13,980 bases of DNA from Oopsacas minuta (taxonomy: Eukaryota > Animalia > Porifera). The notes beneath the pieces were generated by a model. That model was not told the DNA's origin. It was given only the letters and a program-made list of their open reading frames with translations, and made no database searches. The translations under genes and the position numbers were made by a program. Shown here in pieces: positions 1-10,332 of this stretch; the first letter of the stretch is position 1; the number at the start of each line of letters is the position of its first letter. The stretch is taken from the NCBI GenBank assembly GCA_024704765.1, contig JAKMXF010000182.1, positions 1 through 13,980 on the forward strand, read 5' to 3'.

Positions 1-81
1 AAATATGAAAGGATATAAGTATATAGGAAACGTATAATACAGAGTATATCTAGAATCCTCTAATCAAATTAACATATCCAC

Positions 82-501
82 TTATACTAACATTATTCTC
101 CTATTTTTATGCTTTCTTGTAAATTCAGTTACAATATCATCTAAAGATAATTGGGGATTGTTAAGTCTTTTCAATTGAAACAATTGCAATATCAGTTAAC
201 CGCTGTTGACCCATTGTGGACCTCAAATATGTCTTTATCCTTTTCAGGGGTGAAAACGACCTCTCACATTGTGCTGTGCTGATTCAAATCGGAATTGACA
301 AATATAAATAACATCTAATAACGTTGGGAATGCATCCCTTAATGGTATAAGTTTAAGGTATAAATCATCAATATTTTTCACATCTGAATCACCTAGAGTA
401 CGCTTTGCAACGATTGATTCCATATATAATAACTCATACTCTAGATTGTATGTAAGTGCTAGAAGTTCATTTGTTCCGGATCCAGAAAGTATATGGATCA
501 A
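82..501 (-). pseudogene. Decayed hAT transposase C-terminus (hATC dimerisation domain, ZMYM1/PRKRIR-like group)
   Basis: ORF 244..501 reads ...LIPLRDAFPTLLDVIYI. After a frameshift near 290 the minus strand reads STAQCERSFSPLKRIKTYLRSTMGQQRLTDIAIVSIEKDL, the canonical hATC motif. After a second frameshift it reads LSLDDIVTEFTRKHKNRRIMLV* (stop 82-84). No TIRs found. Confidence 0.85.
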
Positions 502-502
502 A

Positions 503-1213
503 AGTATGATTTGCCCTCATGATAACAATATTCTCATCACTAAACGGATTTTTAACAAAGCAAAAAATTAACAAATAAAGCTTACGAATTAATTCGAGTA
601 ATCAAATTCGGATATTTCATACATCAAACATTAGTTAGCAGAGAAGATTAAACTTACAGTTCGATGTAATCAAACATAAGACTTCTAGGGATCTGAAGGC
701 GTATTTATACAGTTAGTTAACCAGGTTACTTGTTCTGATAAATATCTAGCATCCTATCAATCTTGGAACTGCTTTACACTTACTGAAACAACTCTCAACC
801 TGTCATCTGTGTAGAAATTCATTGAAAGTTGTCAAATTCTATAGACTCTCAGATCGTAACTAAGATCAACATGTTTAAAATGTGGAGATCAGAAAGCTAT
901 GGTTGAAAACACTATTTATCAATTTATGGATTACCCATTATTATTATTCATGATGGAGGTGGGCCACTTATCACTTGAAAAATTTGAAGGGATAATTATA
1001 ACCCTTACAATTATCCACAAAGACAGACCTATTACATTTAACTTACTTGGCTATACTATTCATAATTCGGATCATTTTTCCCTCCAATATATTCTAAATC
1101 ATGAATGGTTCTACTATGATGGCATGACAAGACAGAAAGTATCCAAATTTGACAATACTCATCTGAGAAGCCATGAAATAATAAGTTCTATCGTCTACAT
1201 TATAAGCCCCTGA
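503..1213 (+). pseudogene. Decayed USP/C19-like cysteine peptidase-type coding remnant (tentative)
   Basis: The frame of ORF 899..1213 is open from 860: STCLKCGDQK...YPLLLF...FNLLGYTIHNSDHFSLQYILNHEWFYYDGM, i.e. CxxC, P-x-x-L and a His-box/Asp-box-like order. The same frame upstream is interrupted by many stops and contains a possible Cys-box ICPHDNNILI (~509-538). Family call is by motif resemblance only. Confidence 0.35.
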
Positions 1214-1444
1214 GATATATATCTTATCTTTGTTTAGGACTCTAGGTGTTAGGTCTCTAGGATTCTGGGTTAGAGTCAGTAAATTAGATTCTTCATTCAC
1301 AATATATTTCCCATTAATCACTAAATAATATCTTATTTAATGTTGATTATTCTATAAACATGGTAAGGGTCACCAGATGAGAAATCATAAATATTTTGTT
1401 ATATAAATAGTGCTCCATATTGTAGGGGAGTGTTTCGTAAATAA

Positions 1445-1495
1445 GGGGGACCATTTATGCAAAAACCTATGACAATATACTACATATGGTCCCCC
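1445..1495. repeat. Perfect 10-bp inverted repeat GGGGGACCAT / ATGGTCCCCC
   Basis: GGGGGACCAT at 1445-1454 and ATGGTCCCCC at 1486-1495, 31-nt spacer; related GACCAT motifs at ~1514 and ~1566. Possibly subterminal motifs of a DNA-transposon relic. Confidence 0.5.
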
Positions 1496-1532
1496 GCCAA
1501 ATATCCAGGGTAGACCATAATTACTAGAACAA

Positions 1533-1631
1533 TACCACAGAAGGCCAGTAAATAAAATTTGGATGGACCATGGATATTAAAATATTAAAATTTCTGCTAA
1601 ATACTTCGAGGTACGTAGTGTAGAGATATCC
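1533..1631 (+). repeat. Unclassified repeat family E, copy 1 (terminal fragment)
   Basis: TACCACAGAAGG...AATTTGGATGGAC...AGGTACGTAGTG..GAG.ATATCC matches the reverse complement of ~9535-9643. Confidence 0.75.
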
Positions 1632-1682
1632 CGTCACGTAGCGACCCAAAAGCACTGATAATTGTAACTGTCTTATACTCAT

Positions 1683-4195
1683 TCTAAAGTAAGCTTGTCA
1701 AGGTAGGAATTGAAGAGCACCAATCCTATATACAGATAGTGACGCAGCCTTGCAGATATTACTGACATGCGATTTCAATGATATATTCGTATCCCAGATG
1801 ACACCTAGGCTTAAGACATTGTCCATAGGGCGAACGACAGATGTTCCAAATGTGATAGAAAAATTAGCCAAGAAATTGCGAGATCGAGTTGAGAAAAAGA
1901 CGAAGTTAGACTTCAATGTGTTGCGAACAAATTTCTTTTCACCAAACCAAACATTAATATCAGACAGGCACGATTCAAGTTGCAGAATAGGTTCATTAAT
2001 GTTAGAAGGCGAAAGTGAAAGATATAACTGAACATCATCAGCATATAATAGGATAGAAAGAGCATGAGCATGCATTATGTCTTCTATAGGGGAAATATAT
2101 AAGTTGAAGAGAATGAGGCCTAGTATAGAAACCTGCGGAATGCCAATCTTAACAGGCTGTGGGTTAGAGAGTGTACCATTGATACTAACAGCCTCACTTC
2201 GCTGACACAAATAAGACTTCATCCAGGAGATAACTTTGCCCACAAGGCCAAAACGCGAGTGTAGACGCTGAAAGAGGATTTCGTGGTCCAGTGTTAAAGG
2301 CACTAGATAGCTCAAGCAGAGTTAATAGGGCATTCGTCCTGCATCAAGGGTGCTACCAATATCATCGAACAGCTAGATAAGTAATGTTTTCTGAAGGACG
2401 ATTGCATTAATGTGTATAACTTGTTCTCAAATAAGTACAAGTCTAGTTGTATGAGAATTGCTCTTTCAAGCACTTTAGACAGAAATGATAGATTTGCTAT
2501 TGGCCTATAATACGCGAGCTCATTATAATCAAGGGAGGACTGTTTTTAGAGATGAAATGATCAAAGTTTGTTTAAGATTTCCTGGAAAGACAGCTTGCTG
2601 TATCGAACAATTTATGATCTTTGTAATATGCACACTTAGATGAGGAATACATTGTTTAAGGATCGCTGTCGGGATGGGATCTAAACGAGTGTTTTGTTTT
2701 AGATATATTGAGTAGGATATCAATTTCTGTCGGGTCAAGTAGATAAAATCGTGGAACCTCATAAGATAAGAAACGGGAGAAATGTAAAGAGAGAGTAAAG
2801 GAAATTTGAGTAATCACACAGGTCCTGTAGTTTGTTAATTTATCTCTGAAATAACGAGAGAATTAACAAGCTAAGGAGTAGTTAGAGGAGGAATCCGGAA
2901 GGAAATTCTTTTTGCTTTGAACAGACAATCTTTGTACAAGATGGAATAACTTTCTATCGTCACAGCTATCGAATATCTCCTTATCATACTCAGTCTCTAT
3001 AGAATCAAGGAGACACTTATAAGAGTGGGATTTCTCCTTAACTACATCAAGGTCATGTGTAGATCTGGACTTTATGAACTTCCTTTCAAGTCTTCGAAAC
3101 ACTCGTTTTATCTCGAGGAGATCGCGAGTGCACCACTGACATGATGGCCGGTTAGTCAAGGTTCTGCATGATACAGGGGCATGCTTGTCAAGTGCCGAGA
3201 ATAAGTTAGTGTTAGATATAAATATACTAGTTCATCTAAGGTATATTTTTCTGAACCGAAATCAGAAAGTTTGATGCTTTCAGCAAAAGCGACGAAATTC
3301 ATAGCTCTAAGATTTCGTTGAGATACCAGTAGTTTAGGGCAAGGGAATCGAAATTCACAAATAATATAGACATGATCAGAGGGATCGTATGATAAGACAT
3401 TTGAAGCTATTAGCAGATCATTGTCCACGTGCTATATAATAACAAAGTCAAGAGTGTGGCCCGAGTGATGGGTTGGACTTGTAATGTGTTGCTGGAGGTC
3501 AAACGTTCTGAGAGATTCGTTAAACAAGACGGTATGTGGATCTGAAGGGAGATCGAAGTGAAGGTTAAAATCTCCAGCTAATATAATCTTTATCTGAATA
3601 GCTATGGTACACTCAATTAGATCAGAGAAATCTAAGATGAACTGACTAAAGGGAGATTCCTTTTGGTAGAAGGAAATAAAAAGACAAGAAAATTTTCCGG
3701 AGGACAAGTTAAGATCTAAATACTCAAATAAAGAATAAACTGGTCCTCGGTTGACTTTGGGCGTGAAGAAGCTTCGGTAAAGTATAGCTGGGAGCCCACC
3801 ACGAGCGGCACGTGGTATACTGGTTAGACGAAAGTCGGGGAGCAGCTGGCGGAGCATACAGAGTGAGGGGTCTGGTTCCTCTATAAGCCAGGTTTCTTTG
3901 ATTATCAGGATGTCTAGTGAATTGGAAATAGTCATATCAGATAGTGGAGCTACTTTGTTAGATGTAAACGGGCATTCGAAAGACCAAAAAGTATATTATA
4001 TCTCCGAGCTACTGAACATGTAATATTAGTTAGGTCGTTTGGGTTCCGATTGTGTACGTGCTGACTTGGAGTGGAGGACACGTGAGTCTGAAGCAAGCGA
4101 TTGATGGATGTTAGTACAGAAATATGTCTTGGAGCACGTTTCTTATGTCCAGAACTCAATCCTCTCCGTCTTCTTCTATTTATTGATCGGCACTA
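1683..4195 (-). mobile_element. Decayed non-LTR retrotransposon (L2/CR1 group) ORF2: APE endonuclease plus reverse transcriptase
   Basis: Minus-strand order: RRRRRG basic patch (~4160-4177), LSNAR, DILIIKETWL, GGL, AGDFNLH, PTHHSGHTLDFVI (APE); then LDPIPT, YRPIANLSFLSKVLER, QSSFR, LLELSSAFNTLDH (from LDLSAAFDTVDH), GIPQVSILG and YADD (2034-2045). Many stops and frameshifts; the first catalytic Asp is replaced; no 3' tail visible. Confidence 0.93.
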
Positions 4196-4935
4196 AGGAT
4201 AAGAAAAGGGTCAAGAGAACAAGGATATAGAAAGTAGTGGAGGATGAGAGAGCAGGATAATTCATTAAGGATAGAGAGACATAAGAGGTCACAAATATTA
4301 CACCAAAAAGAAAAGAGAGCAGTCATGAATGGCGCTTGACAAAGAAAAAGTCAAAATAACAAGATAGTAAGTAAAACAGTCAAAAATTAAGGGTAGTCAC
4401 TGTGCTCTGCATCTCTGTAAGTTGTTTGATGAAGAATTTATAGAAAAGTTTGTAAAGCCTATAAAATTCACTAAATTGTACCCTACGCACCCAATCACCC
4501 CCTGATAACATGTTAAAACAGTTTGCTTTGTATTTAACATAGAAAGGTGTGAAAATATGATTAATCACCAAAAAGATGTGAAATAAAGGTGCTGTACTAT
4601 ATCCGATATATATCTTAACTAGCGCGACAGCTTAGGGCCCCAGGTCAGCTTAGGTATAGAACAGCTAGGAACCAAAGGCTCGTAGCTTCGCGATGAACTC
4701 GCCGATTGCGCCTCGAGGTTTCCATTATACTCCAAATTGACAGCCATTTTGAGTTTTATAATACACAAATATTTTGAACAATGAAAATCACAAATATGAG
4801 CATATGTCACATATATTATCGGATAATATTGTACGATCAACCCACGTTGTTGTCGTTCAGAGAAAGTATCACTGTACATTTTTAGATTTGCATAATTTGC
4901 GAACTCCTTATTCATAAAACAATAAATTTACATAT

Positions 4936-6147
4936 GATTAATCCAAAAGTGCGAAAACCGGATTCAGCATGTTCGATATATTTAATTAAGTTTTATTGAA
5001 TTCTATTTACTTCCTTGAGAAATACGATAAACACATAGGTATAAGACAATTTCAAAATCGCATACCAAAAATTCATTCCCTGACAACTGACAACAAACAA
5101 ACAACAATTGAAATTAAATACCGCGATTAAAGTATATAAGTTACAAGGCAGCGGTTTCCACAATTGGTAGACAGGAGGATGCCTACAGTATCTCAGATAT
5201 AGTATTGCTGTCTATATGAAGGAGTTCATTAGTATAGAGGTTAAGACCTTGGCATTAAGGGCTGGAAAGTATTATGGATTAGAGACGAAAGGAATAGTAA
5301 AAGTAAAGGAAAGATTCATTAATGGAAACACGACAAAGATTTAGTGGAAAAACAAATAAAAAATGTAGAAAAATGGGTAACATAAAGTAGCAAATATCTA
5401 AGAGTATTAGAATATCTGTAGACAATTCTTGCTAGCTTTACTCACAACAATAATTCTATCTTTATCATCTACTGTAATTCCTCTTGGATTAGGAATAGAG
5501 ATTGCTTGGATACATTCATATTTAGAATTGAAAATATGAATAGAATTAGAACCATAATCTGAGATTAGAATATTATCAGAATTGTCCAGAAAGAAGAACC
5601 AGGGAGATATCACTTGCTGTCCTTTTCCTCTAGAAATGATATTCTTCTGTAGAACTAGATGTCTATTGAAGATGTGTAGACAAGGATTTGATTCATCTAG
5701 GATAAAAATGTTGTCTCGATTCAGTTTGATATCAAGAGGTTTTGTGAGAATATCTTTGCCAAACTGTGACTTGTAATGAAGGTTTTCTGAGAGTATTTGA
5801 ATGCGATTGTTAGATTCATCACAAATGTAAACATCTCCATTGAATTCATCGATTGTTATACCCCAAGGATAATTAAACTCTAATTCACCATTTCCATCTT
5901 TACCAACCTTGGAAATAAACTTTCCATCTAGTTGATAGTTCATTATACAGTTGCTATATTGAGAAATAAGAATTCTATTCCCACAAATAGTTAAACCTGT
6001 CGGCAGGCTCATCTTATTTTCACCTTTACTGTCTCCGAATTTGAATAAATACTTAGCAGTACTGTCAAACACTTTAACACAGTTATTAAATGTATCTGCT
6101 ATATAAATATTTCCTGTTTTATTATCTGCGGTAACACCCAGTGGATT
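4936..6147. repeat. Segmental repeat copy A (NHL gene 3' part plus downstream flank)
   Basis: 4936-5130 aligns to 9306-9495; 5131-5239 aligns to 10215-10332; ~5127-6147 aligns to ~12829-13856. Confidence 0.92.
5407..6147 (-). CDS. NHL-repeat six-bladed beta-propeller protein, paralog A (5'-partial)
   Basis: The frame is open from 6147 (NPLGVTADNKTGNIYIADTFNNCVKVF...) to TAA at 5407; the listed start at 6072 is an internal GTG (Val). NHL motifs P-x-G-I-x-x-D...IYIxDxxNNRIQI, as in TRIM2/3/71 C-terminal domains. About 81% identical to paralog C by hand count. Confidence 0.9.
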   Translation of the reverse strand, partial: NPLGVTADNKTGNIYIADTFNNCVKVFDSTAKYLFKFGDSKGENKMSLPTGLTICGNRILISQYSNCIMNYQLDGKFISKVGKDGNGELEFNYPWGITIDEFNGDVYICDESNNRIQILSENLHYKSQFGKDILTKPLDIKLNRDNIFILDESNPCLHIFNRHLVLQKNIISRGKGQQVISPWFFFLDNSDNILISDYGSNSIHIFNSKYECIQAISIPNPRGITVDDKDRIIVVSKASKNCLQIF

Positions 6148-6148
6148 N
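6148..6148. other. Single N, probable assembly junction
   Basis: GTGGATTnTC: homology with copy C (GTGGATTGTAAAG) ends exactly at the N. Confidence 0.8.
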
Positions 6149-6283
6149 TCTTAATTATAAGCTTATTAAACTAAAATTGATATAAATAGAATAAGAATAC
6201 TTTCAATGTAATATAATACTATAGCATTATATACAATACAAATAGATTGTTATGGATATTAAAGTAATACAAGTTATTTAATA

Positions 6284-6452
6284 CAGTCAACTCCTGGTAT
6301 ATCGAACCTCAAGTGGCCGTGATAAATACTGCGATACAAATCATGTAATATATATTGCTTTAACGGTTTGAGACCATATTTGTAAATAATTTTAGCCTTC
6401 AATATAAGCGGTATTTGGATGTATCTGTGTTTGATATAACAGGAGTTGACTG
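6284..6452. mobile_element. Tc1/mariner (pogo/Tigger-type) MITE, 169 bp
   Basis: 24-bp TIRs CAGTCAACTCCTGGTATATCGAAC (6284-6307) and GTTTGATATAACAGGAGTTGACTG (6429-6452), 22/24 complementary; TA on both sides (6282-6283, 6453-6454). Confidence 0.9.
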
Positions 6453-7134
6453 TAGATATTCGATAGAGACAATGGATTTATGAAAAACAGTGCAACATTA
6501 ATAGGACAGCGTCGATTTATACACTCCATATTAACAATAACATCCATGGGGATAACGAATAACTCCCATTCAGAGACGTAGCCAAGGGTACATAGATTAT
6601 TCAGAGATTCTAAAATCCAGTGAATAATTTGAAATCTAAAATCCTAGAAAAACCATACTCAGTAATATTAAATATAATTTTATTGAAATCAAGACATTTT
6701 CTTGTGCCTGTCATTTCCATAAAATGTAAATCTTTCAGAACGTAAGGTATATTATTATGTGTAACTCCCATTTAGTATCCCTTATGGATAGCTAGAACCT
6801 GTATATATCACTTAATTATTAGTACTATACAAGCTACCTTTTTCTTTTTTCGTGTATTTTGTATTCTCTGTAAATTTGTCGCAGATTCTATTTTGACATT
6901 TGAATATCCTATCCTTTCAAATACAAAATGTCCAGCTGACAGACTGGGAGTGCGTTCAGCTCAGGATTACTTGTTTGTGTTATTATTCACTATACGATAA
7001 ATCATGTAGATATACGTCGAGTTGAAAATGTGAAATTTGAAAGTTACATTACACTCGATTAACCCTAACTACCAATTATAGTACATCCCTAACATCTATA
7101 TTATTCAAACGTAATTAATCTATGTATATATAAG

Positions 7135-7492
7135 TTTGTATTTCCAGAATTGATTGAAGAAACTGGAGGACTCCCAAGGCTGATTTTGGTATACAGGGCT
7201 ATTTGAGCCTGGCTAGGACATATTCGAGTCTTGGACGAAAATTCACACTTATGACGTCATTCTCACCCTTTGGCTTTTGAAAAATCACATTATTAAGCAC
7301 TGCTCAACCAATATACATAACAGATATTTGAAATTGGAATCACAGGTACACCTCAAAGTGACAAATGTCCTGACGTCATGATCCTGACCAGAAGCTAACT
7401 CGTCATGGGATTATTACATCATCATGACTATACAAAAATTACAATTTTCCTGATTTCAGAGTTTCTTAACACCTGAGGCATGAAGTGTCGAG
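7135..7492 (+). repeat. Unclassified repeat family E, copy 2
   Basis: Collinear, diverged match to the reverse complement of 9541-10020 (AGAATTGATTGAAGAAACTG; AGTCTTGGACGAAAA; TGCTCAACCAATATACA; CCTGAGGCA..AGTG.CGAG), with an internal indel of roughly 120 bp. Confidence 0.85.
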
Positions 7493-7507
7493 ATTACTAA
7501 CCAAAAG

Positions 7508-9305
7508 CATAGCCTACTAAACATAAGGCCATTGCTCAACTTTGGACCAGTGATAAGATTCAGTCGACTTTTTCTAGACTACAACACATTTATATCATTA
7601 TACATTACTATATTCTACTTCTTATTTAAGTATTATTATCATAAATATAACAGTATGGGTATTTAATTGATTCCCAGTACAATTACAAGTATAAAATATG
7701 AAACTATTAAATATAATGATGAATACAATTATATTATTTAGAAAATAATTTGAGATATTAGCTTTGTTTATCTTTGGAATAGGTAGTGGGGATATTCAGA
7801 TTCTTGACCTCATTGTTTAGTAAACAATTGGCTACTGTTGTCAAAAGTGAATGGAATAAGCCTTTTCCTTCTGTACAGTAATCGAAACACTCATAATCCA
7901 AGTCTTCAAACTCCTCATTATCAAGTTTAAGAAGAGTTAGCTGCACTAAAACTGATCTTGAATCCGATCGTAGAAAATCATTGAGAACTGGCGAACGTTC
8001 AATATTTGTAAACACTTTTCAGATTGTAAAAACAGAATTAATAACTTGTTTAGATGGTCATTTAAGTCCGCCACGATCTAGGAGTTGAATTAGCGAAAAA
8101 TTAAAATCCAGATCTTCTATTTCTATAGACTTATCCTCAGTTAGTAGAGAGTAACATTCTGGACACAATTCTGAAGTTTTGGTTAATTTCCTTATCAAAG
8201 AAAAGCTGCATACCCTCCGATGAAAGCTACAGCTTGTCTTTTATCTGAATTCGGGGGCAAATCTTCAAAAGAGAGAACACATGTAAAGTGATTAACATCT
8301 ATCTTATCACCACAACTAGTTGTACAACCAAGATCAATAACGTTTTCCTGGATTTGTAATGTACTGATAAATTCCATAAAGGAACCTCTATCTTTACAGT
8401 CATAATCTTCCTAAGATATAACTTGAGAATATTGGACAGTTATAGTACCCTTTCACTTTCTAGTACTATGTTATGTGATTTAGTGTTTATTTCATCTAAA
8501 TTAGAGACAGTGAATTTCTCTGCTCTTCTTCAAATACATCAACTCTCTGTTTAATTGCCTATATAGTACAATACCATAAAACATGTAAAAATACAACTTA
8601 AATATTTGACACAACTTGACATACTTTGGATCTGTAAATCACGTTCCTTTTTGTCTCTATCAAGCCTTGGATATTTAATGGCGAGATCATTAAGACGATC
8701 AGGGTAACCAGGAAGATATTTAGGTATTGCACCTTTCTTCAGAGTAGCCTTTATTGATCGTGTCTTCGTTTGATTATCAATGTAAAGATAAGTTTGCATG
8801 TCAGCCATATCATCAGAATCAAAATGCTTAGCACAAACAAAAATGTTTTTCATCGTTTGAAGACACATTACGTAATAATAAATTAAGCCTGAATCGTAGA
8901 AATATTATTTTAATTTATATCCAAGTTCTAAAGAAATACTTATCATTTCTATACAGAAATCGTTTCCACTTATGGACGATATCTTGCTTCCTAGAAGGAA
9001 TGTGAAACATTGCAACACCACTATGATCATTGTAGTATCCAGTAGTACATCTGGGAGCAGAACACGAGTTAGGCATGTGCAAAAGAAATAAATAAACAAT
9101 GAGTTAATATTATAAAAGCAAAATATGTTAAAATGATAAATTCAAAATACAAATCTCAGGAAATTATTGATAAACCTGACAACAATATTAGTTATAGTCA
9201 AAAATATATATTTACATTATGGGTGTATAAGAAAATCCACTTCATCTTATCCCTGGTCCAAGCGCATTTAGTTCAGTGAAATGGACTAATGTTTAGTAGG
9301 CTATG
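7508..9305 (-). mobile_element. Internally deleted P-superfamily (THAP) DNA transposon, 1798 bp
   Basis: Perfect 17-bp TIR CATAGCCTACTAAACAT (7508-7524 / 9289-9305); inner 18-bp inverted repeat TTGGACCAG(T/G)GATAAGAT (7542-7559 / 9244-9261); contains a THAP transposase remnant; no TSD (ACCAAAAG versus GATGAATC). Confidence 0.9.
7758..9076 (-). pseudogene. THAP-domain P-element transposase remnant lacking the catalytic core
   Basis: ATG at 9076: MPNSCSAPRCTTGY...FHIPS...KWKRFL, then VCAKHF...LKKGAIP (C2CH THAP finger, split by a probable intron or insertion of ~80 bp); GTATGT donor at 8624. C-terminal P-transposase motifs FIGGYAAF, CPEC and DRGGLK*PS follow, with a frameshift and two TGA stops (8058-8060, 8019-8021). 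No room for the RNase H/GTP-binding core. Confidence 0.85.
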
Positions 9306-10332
9306 GATGAATCTTCTAGTGTGAAAATAGAGTCAGCGTGTTCCGTTATATTTAATGAAGTTTTATTGAATTCTATTTACTTCCTTGATAAACACGATAA
9401 ATATATAGTTATGAGACAATTTCAAAATTACATACCGTAAATCCCTACCTTGACAACGGTCAAACAAACAAACAAACAACAACTAAGATTTAATAATATA
9501 GATTTTTCTTGATGTTTTAGTCCCTACAGGAAAGGATATACTCGGCACTACGTACCTGCCTCAGGGTTATTGTTTTGTGAAAATGTAAATTCAATATTAT
9601 TCATAGTCCATCCAAATTCAATGTAATGTCCTTCTGTGGTAATATAGCAACTCTTACATGGCTTCAGGTTAGCAATTGTCTCTCCCAATAATATGAAATT
9701 ATCAAAGTATTAAAATTCAAAGAATTTGGGTATTTGCACAGTCATGATGACAGAAATAATCCGGTGATGAGTCAGCCTTTGGTAAAATCATGACGTTGGA
9801 ACGTGTTGCATATTTAGGGATTCTTGTGATTCAAATTTCTTCTATAGTGTATATTGGTTGAGCAAGATTAATAATTTGATTTTACGAAAATCCAAAAAGG
9901 TGACAACAGGTGTCATTTTTCGTCCAAGACTAAAATTGTCCGCGGTAGGCCAAAAATACCCCTGTATGCTAGGATAAGTCCTGGATCTATCAGTTTCTTC
10001 AATCAATTCTCGATATACAAGCATATCAGGGCTTCATCTAGAGTTAGGCAACCCGCACACCCTAATGGACTGGAACTTGGGGATATTAGATGATATAGGT
10101 CATATCTGCGCAGTTTCATGGTTATTTTGCAAAAATGAGAACCACTGAGCACGGCGGCACCCTGATAAAGGCCTGAAACATAAGTATATATATACTTGTG
10201 TACAGCAAGCACGTCCGCGATAAAAGTATAAAAGTAACAAGGCAGCGGTTCCACAATTGGTAGACAACAGGGTGCCCACAGTATCTCAAATATTGTATTG
10301 CTATCTATACTAAGGAGTTCATTAGTATAGAG
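9306..10332. repeat. Segmental repeat copy B (NHL 3' flank only), interrupted at 9496-10214
   Basis: 9306-9495 matches A 4936-5130; 10215-10332 matches A ~5121-5239 and C ~12829-12952. It ends at GTATAGAG, where the hAT TIR begins. Confidence 0.9.
9535..10020 (-). repeat. Unclassified repeat family E, copy 3 (longest), inside a 719-bp segment absent from copy A
   Basis: Matches both 7135-7492 and 1533-1631. A reads TTAAATA|CCGCGA, whereas B has 9496-10214 between the equivalent positions. No TSD or TIR. Confidence 0.85.

Noticed and set aside
1750-2031. + strand ORF (93 aa), and likewise 5582..5776
   Set aside because: Antisense shadows of the RT and NHL frames.
4617-4720. CpG-rich patch ending CTAG|T on the minus strand as a Helitron 3' end
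   Set aside because: Only a direct repeat CAGCTTAGG (4628, 4646); no convincing subterminal hairpin or 5' TC end. ORF 4619..4915 has no recognisable motif.
5091-5107. (CAAA)n tracts at ~5091-5107 and ~9461-9482
   Set aside because: Ordinary short microsatellite shared by the duplicated segment.
8905-9099. Listed 64-aa minus ORF
   Set aside because: Wrong frame; the THAP N-terminus is in another frame starting at 9076.
7135-10020. Inverted repeat-E copies as long TIRs of one large THAP element
   Set aside because: The arms are too diverged, the THAP element has its own TIRs at 7508/9305, segment B lies in between, and a third E copy exists at 1533.
10120-10165. tRNA/SINE-like head GCCGCCGTGCTCAGTGGTT on the minus strand
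   Set aside because: A-box-like only; no B-box or cloverleaf.
9842-10254. ORFs 9842..10024 and 10003..10254
   Set aside because: The frame is not conserved in the homologous copy at 7135-7492; no motifs.
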